Origin: Camelus dromedarius
Taxonomy: Eukaryota
Direction of reading: 5' to 3'
Assembly: GCF_036321535.1 (NCBI RefSeq)
Contig: NC_087436.1
Location: 74,154,001 to 74,218,000, forward strand
DNA length: 64,000 nt
Shown here: positions 1-12,600 of the stretch, in pieces
How positions within the stretch are numbered: position 1 is the first letter of the stretch
How the letters are laid out: each line of letters starts with the position of its first letter
Translations under genes and position numbers: made by a program
The notes under the pieces: model-generated
What the model saw: the letters and a program-made list of their open reading frames with translations, nothing else
The model's database searches: none
What the model was told of the DNA's origin: nothing

Positions 1-279
1 CCTATAAAATAGACTTGAGCTCAGATCTCATGTATCACCCAAGTACCATAGTCTTCTCTTTGAATACTGATCTCCAGTGGTGTTTTGGGTCCTCAGGAAT
101 TAGCATCCACTCAGAACAAGTATCTAGAAAATTTCAAAGATCTATAGACTCTTTAATTTCCCTCAATTAAAAACCCAAGGCTTCACTTGAATCTTATTAA
201 AAAAGTTGATCCACATCACTTGCTTATCCAAGCTAGTGTATGTGTATATACTGACTGATGCTTGATACCTGCTATGACA

Positions 280-541
280 GGCATCCTTTGCTATGGGGGC
301 TCCCCAGAAGCCTGGCCAAGACTTTCTCAGAATCACATCACAGGCTGAAGCTCCTCCCACTCAGGACTCCTTCCCTCCCTCTCCTTTCACAGGTGTCAGA
401 CCTGCACAGCAATCAGAAGGCTCTCTCCTCCTATCCCCAGTCCTTCACCCCTTTAAGTTCCACAGGTGTTCCCCCCACTACATGTCTTTCACAACTTGTT
501 CCACTTTGGCATTTATTTCTCAGAGCACCTGAGCTAACACA
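280..541 (+). mobile_element. ERVL-type solo LTR fragment (LTR16-like)
   Basis: ggctgaagctcctcccactcagg...ttctcagagcacctgagctaacaca resembles the LTR16 3' half, ending in ...CA; recognised by eye. Confidence 0.6.
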
Positions 542-1744
542 GAAATCAACTCATCATGCAAAAAAGCTTGAGGTCCATTGAATAGTAGATTGTTGACAAG
601 TCTGAGATTTCTGGGCCTTAGGGAGCCTAATTTTATTTTCTCCCAATAACTGAACGTTTAAAAAATTAATTAAATATGCCATACAAATAAGTCCTGAATA
701 GAGTTGGTTTCTTTCCCCTAGAAAAATGTCTAGGTGACAAAGTGTTGCTTCTGGACATACATTTTTAAAGTGGATCCAGGGACAAGATGAAATTCCTGAG
801 ATTGGGAGCAGACGCTGGGAACCTGGGCAGCATTTAAACGTTTGTCTGTCTCTGCTCTATATTTTGCTTTCTATTTTATATCATGAAGTGTTAACACAGG
901 ATCTAATGTGTCAAAAATGAAAAATGTGGGTATCATGTGGTGCTCTCAACAGGCTCCTTGAAGAATGTTTTTTCCTTCTGTCAAGGATCAGCTAAAATTG
1001 AATTTGGCTTTGTTTGCCCTTTGTCACCCAGGCATTAGGGTCAGACTCTTGTGTGACCTAAGTGAGGCCGTGATGGACAGTTCTGCAGAGGGCATTATCA
1101 CAGCCTAATCAGGTAGACTGAAAGCAAAATTGTTCTTCTCTTCTCCCACGGCATCTGCTCCTTCGCGCTCTTCCCCTTTCGTGTTCTCGTCTAACTCGCC
1201 TTGTGAATTTTCAAGGTGCAGTACTATTCATTGTTAATAGTGAGAGAGAGATTTTGGTTACAGAGCAGTTGTAGGAATCAAGTCTTCTGCCTTGTAGACT
1301 GACTTCCTCAGGGACAGAGCAATGCCAGGAAGCCTTGGCCACTGAGCCACCACCAAGTCTGTAATATTTTTTTATCTGATGCAGAAGGGGGACCCTGCTA
1401 TTTCCTGGATGCTTTAGGCTTTCATTCAATAGTAATGATGCATTTAATCTTGGGAGAATCTAAAACATTCACCTTGTAATAGTAACAATAAGTCTAAGTC
1501 TAGAACCAGCAGAAGTCTTGCAAAAAATGATCAAACTAAAACAACAAAACCAAGGCCTCTTTTTGTTTGTTTGTTTCCTTTCTTAATTTTACATCTTAGC
1601 AATAATAAGAGACAAGGATGAAATGCCTAGTTTGGGGGCTGAGGATGCAATGACAATATAGGCTTAAGAGAAAGTAAAATACTGCTAAAATAGTATTTTG
1701 TTTCTCTGCCAGAGGAGTAATAGAAGGAAATAATTATCTGTTGC

Positions 1745-1945
1745 ATTTATGCTTTGTGCCAACCCTTGTACTAAATGATTTTTATGTATATGTATTATCT
1801 CTGTCCTCTCTAGAAGCCCGAAAGGGAAGCGTGTCATCTCCATTTTATTGATGAGTAAACTGAAGTTTAGAGATGTTAAGTTAACCCGAGATCACATGGC
1901 TTGTTAGTGGTCCCTCTGGGATTCAAACCCAGGTCTGTCTGACTT
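1745..1945 (-). mobile_element. MIR SINE
   Basis: cattttattgatgagtaaactgaag...gggattcaaacccaggtctgtctgact is the reverse complement of the MIR core. Confidence 0.8.
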
Positions 1946-2629
1946 TAAATTATGAATGAAAGTGAATGATCATGGAACTCTAAAAGACAGAGCAAATGCT
2001 AGTAAGAGGGGCTAACACCCAAGGCAGCTAAGCAATGGGTTTGCGCTCCTGGTGATCACCCCTAATGTGCTTTGTGAATCTAATCAGGGTCTGAGAGACC
2101 TTGCAAATGAAGACACTGGAACTTCCACCAGTGATCTTCAAGGAACTGAGGAGAAAGGGGAAGTGTAGAAAGACATGAGATGAAGAGATGTAGTCCCCAC
2201 TTGCCTAAACCTAGTTGTAATTTGACTAAGATTAGCTCTGAGGCACACTGAACCCTCATTTGCACTGGCTTGAGGAAGTTAGAACCAGAACTTAGGGAAG
2301 TGACTTGGTTGTAAGGCTGACTTCCACGGACGATACCCTACTTCCCAGTAACTAACATTAAAAATGGAAATGAGGAGTTCAGGCTTGATTTGGGCTGTCT
2401 CCATTGTTCTAAAAGGTGGGACGTGAGGAAGGACAGATAATGGACAATATCTGGATTAACATGAAGGAGCATGAAGAGACCCCCTTGACCGCTTAGAGGA
2501 CCAGATTCAGCCCCCTGGAAGAGTGTGCTCTCAACTACAGGGCAGAGTGATTGGGCTCCAGCAGAAGGGCTGGGATTAATTTTTAACCTATCCTATTGGC
2601 CAAGATTTGGCAAGAGTTGAGGGGAACAT

Positions 2630-2865
2630 TCTGCACAGGAGACACCCCTCCTATACATTGCTAGTGGAAATGTAAATTGATACAACATCCACAGAGAGCG
2701 CATTTTGGCAGCATCTATGGGAAGTACAAATTCACATTCTCTCTAACCCAGCAATACCATTTCTAGGATTTGAACTTAAAGCAGAAATACTCACTCATGT
2801 GCATAGTGGTTGTACGTACAAGGACATTCACTGCAGCATTCTTGGAAAGAGCAAACAAATGGTAG
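2630..2865 (+). mobile_element. Ancient L1M 3' fragment
   Basis: acattgctagtggaaatgtaaattgatacaac...acccagcaataccatttctagg...ttcactgcagcatt is a degenerate L1 ORF2 C-terminal region. Confidence 0.7.
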
Positions 2866-3589
2866 AATTTCTTGTCACTTAACTTGGATTTTTTACACCA
2901 TTTTTATAATTCCCTCTTAGGGCTTTCAGTTGCTATCACTTAGCTATTAATTTCTGTAATGAACTTGGGTTCATTTAAAAATTGTGAGATTAGTTCATAG
3001 TTATTATGATAAAGCCAAAACAATTTTATATGTATATATACATATGTAAAAAATAATAAACACATATATAAACTAATTGCACATGTTAGATTAACCAATG
3101 CTGTTAAAGCTATTTCTAATTTAAAGTGGGTCAGTGTTTTGTTCATGATGATTCATTGTAGGGAGTAGTATGTGATTTGCAACATATAATAAAAGAAATT
3201 TTGGTTGTGCCTATAGGTCATGTTCCACTCCTTCTGGAAGTGGCAAGACCAACCCTTGCAGAGTCTGGTGGGTGTGGAGGGTGAGGAGTGAGAAAGGGCT
3301 GCTCATCTGAGGCTGCGTAATAAGCTATCAGAAGCAAGTTGACCCAGGTCTCCCATTTAAATTCCCAGTCATCTCCTTTTGCTCTCTTCTCTTTTGCCCC
3401 TAACCTGTTAACCTAGTACTCTGGATGAGTGAGAGGACTGGGGTTAGAAAAGATTCCAGTAGGTCAAAGTAGAAACTGGGTTTAATTTGAGGAGACAAGA
3501 CAATGGACAGTTGAAGATACAGAGCTTTATAGGAAGGAAGATTGAGATTTAAGACGAAAAATGACAAGAATGGATCAGCCAAGTTTTAT

Positions 3590-4692
3590 TTATTTATTTA
3601 TATTTTTATTGAATTATAGTTGCTGTACAATAGTCTATGTTACAGGTGTACAATATAGTGGTTCACAGTTTTAAAAGTTATATTCCACTTACAGTTATTA
3701 TAAAATATTGGCTTTATTCCCTGTGTTGTATAATATGTCCTTGTAGCTTATTTTAAGCCTAATAGTTTGTACCTCTTACTTTCATCCCCATGTCTTGCCC
3801 CTCCCTGTTCCCTCTTCCCACTGGTAACCACTAGCTTATTCTCTGTATCTCTGAGTCTGCTTACTTTTCTGTTATATTCACTTGTTTGCTGTATTTTTTA
3901 GATTCCTCACATCAGTGATATCATACAGTATTGGTCTTTCCCTGTCTGATATTTCACTTAGCATAAGGCCCTCCAAGTTCATCCGTGTTGCTGCAAATGA
4001 CAAAACTTCATTACTTTTTGAAGCTGAGTAGTATTTTACTACTACATCGTATCTTGGTAATTCTAAATAATGCTGCTGTGACCAGTGATAAACAACCTAA
4101 CCTTATGCCTAAAGGAACTAGAAAAAGAAGAACACACAAAACCCTAAGTTAGTAGAAGGAAAGAAATCATAAAGATCAAGGCAGAAATAAATGAAATAGA
4201 GACTAAAAAAAAAAAAAAATAGAAAAGATCAACTAAAAGCTGTTTCTTTGAAAAGATAAACAAAATTAATAAAACTTTAGCCATATTTATCAAGAAAAAA
4301 AGGAGAGGGCCCAAATCAGTAAAATCAGAAATGAAAAGGGAGACGTTATAAGCGACACCACAGAGATAGAAAAGATCATAAGAGACTGCAATGAACAACT
4401 ACATGCCAACAAAATGGACAACCTAGAAGAAATGGACGAACTCCTAGAAAGGTGTAATCTCCCCAAGACTGAACCAGGAAGAAATAGAAAATATGAACAG
4501 ACCAATTACCACTAATGAAATTGAATCAATAATTTTAAAACTCCCAACAAAAGGTCAGAACCAGGTGACTTCACAGGTGAATTCTACCAAACATGTAGAG
4601 AAGAGTTAACATCTATCCTTCTCAAACTATCCCAAAAAATTGCAGAGGAAGGAATACTTCCTAACTCACTCTATGAGGCCGGCATCACCCAA
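3590..4692 (-). mobile_element. 5'-inverted (twin-primed) L1: minus-strand 3' end at 3590-~4083 plus inverted ORF2 segment at ~4088-4692
   Basis: T-rich tail and L1 3'UTR on the minus strand, then + strand ORF2 ([20 protein letters not shown]); flanked by direct repeat CCAAGTTTTAT at 3579-3589 and 4693-4703. Confidence 0.85.
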
Positions 4693-6344
4693 CCAAGTTT
4701 TATCTTCTGATACAATTCTTAAAAGATCTTATTTAAGCTTCACTCTTCCTTGACACAAACAGATTTTAAAACATTCTTTAAAACAAAAATTACAGCTAAC
4801 TTGTAATTAATACTTAATGTATACCCAAACTTAATGCTCTATATTAACTTGTTTATTCTTTACAGCACATCTATGCAATAGGTCCTATTACAAACCCCAT
4901 TTTGCAGTAAAGGAAAGAAAGTTAGACTAAGCAATTTGACCCTAGACTCAGAGTTACTCACTATACTCTGTCTCTCTACTTCATAGAGTTTCTATGAGAA
5001 TCAAGTGAGTTTCTGAGTGTGAAAGTACTTTGAAAACCACAAAGCAGTAGATACTTGAAACCCAGTTCTCAAGAGATAGAAACTGTTATTCACCCTACTC
5101 AATTAAGCAACCCTTTTAATATAGTACTTGGAAAGCAAGTTACTGTCAAAACTAAAATAAAATTAACCACATATTAGAGGAACACTTTTGGACGGCAGAT
5201 TAAGTATTAAGAAAAACACAAGGATAAAAAGAAAAAGTGACATATAATCAAGATAAGTTGTAACCAAAAAATAGTCTTTTTGATGGGGTGAGAGTTTTCC
5301 ACAGAGCTGAAAAGTGCGATTGCATTGCCACGTTGTATGGAACGGTCTCTGGAACAGGGCTGACCTGACTATGAGAGGATAATTGCATGGCCTAATGGGT
5401 TGCTCCCACCTTCAATTGCTAATGAAGCTCTTGGAAAATGTATCCCCACTTAACGAATGTGGCTGAAAATGCCAAAAAGCTGTTTGCCAAGGATGTGTTC
5501 TCTAGGCCCAGACTGAATTCATTATTTTGTTAGAGTACTGCCACCAAGCCAACCATGGTCAATTTAGCATGCCACATTTCAAGCAGAATTTAATTCATCT
5601 AATACATTTGCTTTGTGCGCCACAAATGAAACGAATACCCTATGATCAGGTGACAGCCTGTTAATAATGCTGTAAACAGAAAGTGGTGATGTTCACAGAG
5701 AATTCCTCAGTCAAGTCTTGGTTATACTCCCTTTAAAAGCTGGTCCAAAAATTTGCCAAGGAGATCATGTTCCTATCTTGCTTTGTGTCTGTGCCTTTTT
5801 AAGAGGAAGAGGTAAAAGGTTGTGTGTGTGTATATACACTGCTTTGTTATGAAACATCACTCACCTTTATACCAAAAAAAGAACAACTAAATGTCTTGAC
5901 CAAAGAAAGCAACTCTGAGTGACCCTTAATCTGCTATGGGTAAATTTTAACAAAATCATGCAGCTCTTAAGGTTACCTGAAGATTGTTCTCTCTTCTAAG
6001 TACGAGTTTCTTCTTTCTTTATGGCCACATGCTTCCATTTTTATAGCCAATCTGAATGTAGGAACAGTTGGAATGTTACCCAAAGTGGGAAGGGCTGTAT
6101 TCAGTTGTAACACCCACAGAGCCTGCTATCCCAGGTGGAAAGTGACACATGACTGCATCAAGAATGGGTCCAAGATGGCAATAAGAAAATGTGTTATCAT
6201 AAATACCATTTACTGAACACTTCTTGTTTCAAGGCTCTGTACATCTAAATGAACACCTGAGAAAGACACCAGGGATCCAGTGAGCATTTAAGGGCAGCTC
6301 TCAGGCACTTTGGGCCTCAGAATTACCTGAGAAGAGTTGAGGAC

Positions 6345-6605
6345 TGTATCATGTAGGCTCTGGAGTCAGATTGCCTGATTCTGCATTCTTTTTCTGCCGT
6401 TTGATAGCTGTGTGACCTGGGGCAGGTTACTTCATTTTGGTAAGCCTTGGTTAAAAATAAAAGAATGGGAGTTGAGGGGCTACGGAAGGTAGAAGGAGAG
6501 GGATAAAAATATACATCTCATTAAGGGTGTTGTAAAGATTGACATAATTCTAGGCACAGTTTCAGGCATATGGTAAGCATGCAGTAAATAATTATTAGCA
6601 ATTTT
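6345..6605 (+). mobile_element. MIR SINE
   Basis: ggctctggagtcagattgcctg...agctgtgtgacctggggcaggttactt...ggtaagcatgcagtaaata. Confidence 0.8.
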
Positions 6606-7124
6606 ATTACTGAGATTATTATTTTCCTCCCTCTACCTGGAATGAGCCATTACTTGATCAAAATGTGTCGTGTACCCAAGATGAACTGGGGCAAAACAAA
6701 CAAATAAAACACAAAAGCAGATTGAGAAACACAGCTTTGTGTAATTATGCAAATCTCTTCACCAATCAAAAATTTATAGGTGATGCTATTAGATAGTAAA
6801 ATTAGCTGATTTTCCATTCTTTGCTAATTCACTCAACAATTTTTATTATCAAGTACTGTAATAAATTCTGCTTGAACATAAAGATGGGTCTAATTTAAGA
6901 TTTGCCTTCAAGAACCACAATCTTGCCATGGTTATGATTGGGAAGCAGTGGGGGGGGGGGGCACTGAGGGAGCCTGCTGGGGCTCTGGCAATAGTTTATT
7001 TCTTGACCTGGGTGATGGGTCTATAATAATTAAGTTATACATTTATGTTTAACTTTTTGGTGTATATGTTATATTCACAATAAAAAAAGTTTTTAAGAAT
7101 GGTATGTGAATTACATTTTAATAA

Positions 7125-8710
7125 AAATGTTATGAGATACTCCTGACCTTGGATTAGGGAGTGGTTTCTAAGATGGATACCCAAAACACAAGCAAGCAAA
7201 GGAAAAATATATATGTAAATTTGTTTAATCAAAATTTAAAACTTTTGCTTCAAAGGGAAGTATCAAGAGCATGAAAAGAGATTGGTTTTGTTATTGGCTG
7301 TGTGAATTCAAATGGAAAAAGAACTTTCCCCATTGAGGCAGGGGGCTGGGCCAGGCTAGGGCCCAAGCTGGGGCTATATGACTAATTCGGTAACAACTCC
7401 ACACAACCATCCTTTCTTTCAGTATTAGGGTGAACATTTGCAGAGAAATTTTATTGTGTTGTTATCAACTTGAAGAAACTGTCCTCTGTTTGGAACCTCG
7501 CAGCTGTAGAGATCATTATGTCCCCAGAAGAGAAAGTTAAGAAATATATTTCCAGTTCATATGAAATTTTATTTTCAGATAGTTATCTCTCGTAATATAA
7601 CAGAAGGAAGAGAAAGTATTGGAAGTGTGGAAAACATGTAGTCAATTGTCTAAAAAACCAAAACCAAAAACAAAAACAAACGTGAAAGACAACCCAGAGA
7701 GTAGGAGAAACATATTTTGAAATCATTTATCTGATAAAGGTCTAGTATCTAGAATATATAGAAAACTATTACATTTATCAATTCCTCAATGAAGCTGAAA
7801 TTAAAAAACAAAAGAAGAAAAAAAAGAACTACTTGAAAACAACAATGAAAAGAGACAAATAACTCCATTAAAAATGAGCAAAAGATTTGAAGGTATTTCT
7901 CCAAAAAAGGATATACAAATGGAGAACAAACACATGAAAAGATGCCCAATGTCATTAGTCATCAGAGAAATGCAAATCAAAACCACAAAGTACCTCTTCA
8001 CACCCACTTAGGATGGCTATAATGAAAAAAGCAGACAATAGCAAGTGTTGACAAGGATGTGGAGAAATTGGAACAGCCATACATTGCTGGTGGGTATGTA
8101 AAAAGGTGTAGCCACTTTGGAAAACCATTGGATAGTTCTTCAAATAGTTAAACAGAGTTACCACATGACCCCCTCCCCTCAATGTTTACTCAAGAGAAAT
8201 GAAAATGTAAGTCCACACAAGATCTTGTACATAAATGTTTATAGCAGCACTATTCAGAATGGTCAAAACATGGGGGGGAAAAGCTCAACTGTTCATCAAC
8301 TGATGGATAAATGAAACATGGTATATTCATACAACTGATTATTATTCAATCATGTAAAAGAATGAAGTACTGATTTCAGCTACAACATGGACGAACCTTG
8401 AAAACATTATGCTAAGTGAAAGAAGACAGTAATAAAGGACCACACATTGTGTGATTCCATTTGTATAGGATGTCCAGAATAAAAACGAAAAGCAGATTGG
8501 TGGTTGCCAGGTGATGCAGGGAGAAGGAGACTAGGGGGTGATTACTGATGAGTACAGAATTGCTCTGAAGGGTAATAAACAATGTTACGGAATTAGATAG
8601 TGGTAATGGTTGCAAAACACTGTGAATATACTAAAAACCACTGACTCATATACTCTAATAAGTTGAGTATCATGGTAGGTGAATTATATCTCAATAAAAT
8701 AAACAAAATA
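7125..8710 (+). mobile_element. Old L1 (L1MB/L1MC-like) 3' fragment, interrupted at 7280-7680
   Basis: Degenerate ORF2 C-terminus (atgcaaatcaaaaccaca; gaaccttgaaaacattatgctaagtgaaagaag) and 3'UTR ending aattatatctcaataaaataaac. Confidence 0.85.
7280..7680 (+). other. ~400-bp non-L1 insert with A-rich tail (probable retrocopy or orphan transduction)
   Basis: Splits the host L1 at gtgaaaaga|caaccc; tail aaaaaaccaaaaccaaaaacaaaaacaaa at 7652-7680; degenerate TSD. Confidence 0.65.
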
Positions 8711-9311
8711 CAAAGTATGGGACAATTTCATGCTTTGTAATGGTTATATTTGACTGAATTATGGAGTGTATGAAGAAAATAATAGGAAATAAATTTGAAA
8801 ATACAAAATGGGATCAAATTTTAATGGACTTCCTTCGCTGGGAAGCTGGCCATGGAGAACCATTAAAGGTTATTTACAGGGTAAATAATGTGATTAGAAT
8901 GTGGTTTGGGAAGTTTAGTCCTGCATCATTTTCACCATCATCTCTGCATCTGTCCTAGGCTTTGCACTGGAGGGTACAAGTAATTTTGTACTTGGTAATT
9001 TAGTTTTGTGTTAGGGAACATATATGATTTTAGAAATTTCCCCCCAAAGGACTTGATCACATTAGCCTAGTAAATTCAATTATATAAACCTTTATAATAA
9101 TATAAAGCATTATGGATCTATATACATGGATATATATATTATACAGTATGATTTTCTTTCATAGGAAAGGAGTGACCGATAGAAGATGAAAGCAACATTT
9201 CTGTCATGTTCACTAATACACATCCCTGATTTGAAGACTAGGAAAAGGAAAATATATTAATGTATTAGTCCAGGTCTCTATTACATTTACATTATGATTA
9301 ATTGATGAGAG

Positions 9312-9430
9312 TTGTCAAGAATTGTGAGGGATCTGAGTATTTACCCTATGAACAAGCTAACGTAATAAATGTTGGTAGAAGACACAAGACTCCTGAGTCA
9401 GAGACGGACTATTTTATTTTGCATTTTACC
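9312..9430 (-). mobile_element. ERV LTR fragment (subfamily not determined)
   Basis: tgtcaagaattgtgagggatctgagtatttacccta...agaagacacaagactcctgagtcagagac resembles a reverse-oriented LTR 3' end. Confidence 0.5.
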
Positions 9431-11224
9431 ACGATCAGTTTTGACTTTAGTGGAAGAGTTGACAATTTACGTAAAAAATATGATGAAATTAGTTTTTGGA
9501 AGCTCTAAAAAAATGTAGTGTAAAATAAAATGTTAAATGAAGATGTATAAAATCTGTTTCCTACATGGCTTTTTGAATATATGCTTACTGGACATTTTGA
9601 AATCTTATAAAGCAAATCTTATAAAGTTGGCTTTTTGGATTGAAAATTACAAGCTGAAATAGATTTTAAGGAATCCAAAGCAAATTGCTTGAACTTATAC
9701 ATTACACTTAACTTTCTCAATGAAGTTTTTCAGAAGGATGGATTCAGTATATATTAACTGCAGATTCATTGTTCACACCACTTTTATTTAATCTAATGTT
9801 CCACAATGGGGAAAAAAAATTGCAATAAATGAGAAATCATTCAGTAGTGAATTCTCCTAGCATTTTCTACAGTATTCCCTGGGATCCATGTGGTTTAATC
9901 AACACAAAACAATGCTGTTTTTTTTTTTTTTTTAAAGCGTCATTCTAGAAATCACGTGAGACAATCTTGCCTGTATTACAATTATATTTTATTTTATTGA
10001 AACCTGTTGAACTGCATGGGCATACAAAACACTTAGAGCAGTTGTGCCGGAAGAATATTTCTACGAGTCAGGCGGTATGCTGAGGACAAGTACGTGGAGG
10101 AAAATGAGACTTTGGTGGGGACTCTGGGATCTGGAGTTAGCAATTTTTTTAGAGTAGTTTGAAAACTCTTGGTTTTTGAAGGAGTCAGTTACCTAATTAG
10201 GTTAGAGAAGCTTGTGTGATTTATACACAAGGAGAGGATCTCTTTACTCTTTTCCTAGACTCCCAAAGTCATCTGCTTCAATTATCTGACCTCCTTTACA
10301 GACTGAAGGTCTGGCCTGGGATCTGTTTCCTATAGTTTTCTAAATGCTGATCCATCTATTATTAAAGAGACTTGGCCCCTGCGCATCAGATTACTGCATT
10401 TCTTGTAAACCAGCTTAAGGGCAACAAAATCCAATTCATCTCTAGACACTGGTTTTTTTTTTTTTTTGTTTTTTTGTTTTTTTTTTTTGGCTTAGCTCTT
10501 TTGTTTGTTTGTTTCTTGGTTAAAGAAGAGCTGTATGTAAATAAGTCCATGGACACATTTCGTTATCAACTTTGCTTACTTTCGAAAGATCTGATCACAT
10601 AAGCCTTTGTCTTGTCATATAACCCTTTGTCATACTTGCTGTCTGTAATTTTTTTTTGGTTTTGTTCTACTGATGTGTCTTTCTTTTTCTTAAGCAGAAA
10701 TGGCAGAAGATTAAGAATTAGGATATGTAGCTCTCCTTTCATCTCTTAATTCCCCGTATAGAACCTATTGCATTAAGATAATGCTTCTGGGAATGTGCTA
10801 TGGGTTTTGGGAGATGTGTCCGACTGCTGGTGAGCCGGGGTAGGCTTGGCTACAGTTTCTGAGTCTGGAGTTCCTATGTGTTTGGAAAAATAAGTAAGGA
10901 TTAAAGATACAAGAGAATGTTTATAAGATATATTTTGACTAATTCACATGGCTGAAATAAGACAGAGACTGGAAGCAACATTTTCTAGACTGAGTAAGAT
11001 TTGGTTTAACTTAATATGTGGAAAGAGGAAAGGACAGCCCCTAGGGAAGCTTGGACTGTTGCCCCTTGCTGCAAGACTATGCACGACCTGACCTTTTCCT
11101 GCTTTTGTACTGAATTGTCTGGAGGCTTAAAACCATTCTTAGTGCTCAGTTACAGTGATTGTATTAAGTTTAAAAATTTTAAATCGTTGTCATGATTTTT
11201 TCCTTTCCACTTTATCCTATGTAG

Positions 11225-11253
11225 TGTATGTCATTTGTATAATTGGCGTATTG
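11225..11253 (+). other. Candidate 29-nt exon
   Basis: Pyrimidine tract ttttttcctttccactttatcctatgtAG, then donor TTG|GTGAGT. Confidence 0.25.
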
Positions 11254-11899
11254 GTGAGTGTATATGTGTGTGTATATATACACACAAACACACACATATG
11301 TGTATATATCCTTTTTCTTTCTTATAAAGTCATCTATAATTGTTTTTGCAAAGAAGTGAGAAACAAATGCGTGGTAAAGAACACCTGAGGTGTTCGGAAT
11401 GGTTCTTTTTCTGTCCATAACCTTTCATTGGCATTTTCTTTTCTATCAAGGGAACCTTTTATATCAAGGGAACCCTATTCATTAGAATAGGGCACATAGA
11501 CAGATGACACAAAACAAAAAGCAAATAAAAAGATCAGGTCTTAGGAGAGTTGACTATGGTTCAACAGAAGCAGCCTTTCAACTTTCCTTTCTTTCTAATA
11601 CTAGGGATTTTACTCAGATTGCAAAAATGCGGTTGAGCATTAGTGACCCAGAGGCCCAACATCTGTCAGCAGAAAGTGCAAGGGCTCTGATTACAACTGA
11701 AGTTTCAGAGCCTGGGCGGTGGGCCTGACATTGAGAAAATGGAGGGCCAGCCCTCTGTCTCCATCTCTTGCTCCCCACTTCCTTCTCTGGGACCAAGTTC
11801 TCATGCCCCCAACCCGGCCTGAAGCTGTTGACCCTTTACTCTCTATTCTGCCAACCATAATCTAACCGTCCAGTGTCCTGTTCCCTCAAGTCTGTTAGG

Positions 11900-12600
11900 A
11901 GAGAGAATCTAATGTGATAAACAAATTCACGGTGGGTATGAGATAATAGAAGAGCTGTCAGATCACATAGGAAACCCAATGTAGTCACCTTTCCATGTTG
12001 TTTCAACGTCCCGTGTGTTCTCTGGATTTTGGAGTTCTGTCGAATTAGCAGTCAACCATCGTTTGTTTCCCCTACCTTACGTCCTCACCTTCCTGCCTCT
12101 CACTGCCTGCAAACAGCCTGGTCTCTGGGTTTCTTGTTTTGTTTTCTCACATGAAAAGGAAGATTTAAAGCTCTCTTTGGCTAGAGTTGATAAGACAGAT
12201 TGCAAAGTAGGTAAGCCCCTAAATGAGTATTTTTTCCCTAAATATAAATAGATTTGATAGGCCATTGATGACAGAAGTGTTACATGTTTGGAACATTTTG
12301 TTTCAGAAATGAATGTTCAGAGCTGGAGCCATTCATGGTGTGTTTACCTGGCTATGACCAGGTAAGGGAGTTTCCTTCATCTCCATATTGAGGCTTTGAG
12401 GCTTTGTTGCTTTGGCATAAAAGAGGAAATAGTGGTGAATATTTGAGACATCCTGACGGTATGGCATTGGGAGAGCAGGTTAGCTTTGTCCAGTCATCCC
12501 TTTGTGTCAGCTATAAAAGGCAGTATCTTCACAGAATGTTGGCTTGACTGTGACCAGTGTTTTGCCCCGGAGTACCTGAAAAGGTTTATGCGTCACCTTT
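11900..12600 (+). promoter_or_regulatory. Candidate tissue-specific promoter/enhancer with possible first exons
   Basis: Repeat-free; GATA motifs at 11915, 11941 and 12188; forkhead motifs ATAAACA 11917 and TGTTTAC 12341; donors at 12211 and 12362; TATAAAAG at ~12512. Confidence 0.4.
12307..12361 (+). other. Candidate 55-nt exon with ATG (MNVQSWSHSWCVYLAMT, phase 2)
   Basis: ttttgtttcAG acceptor and CAG|GTAAGG donor; a 96-nt gap separates it from the upstream donor TAG|GTAAGC at 12211. Confidence 0.35.

Noticed and set aside
10670..10720. Acceptor-like tract followed by ATGGCAGAAGAT
   Set aside because: A stop follows after four codons and there is no convincing nearby donor.
11444..11474. 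Short direct repeat TATCAAGGGAACC (and AAATCTTATAAAG near 9600)
   Set aside because: Ordinary slippage duplications; two copies only, not an array.
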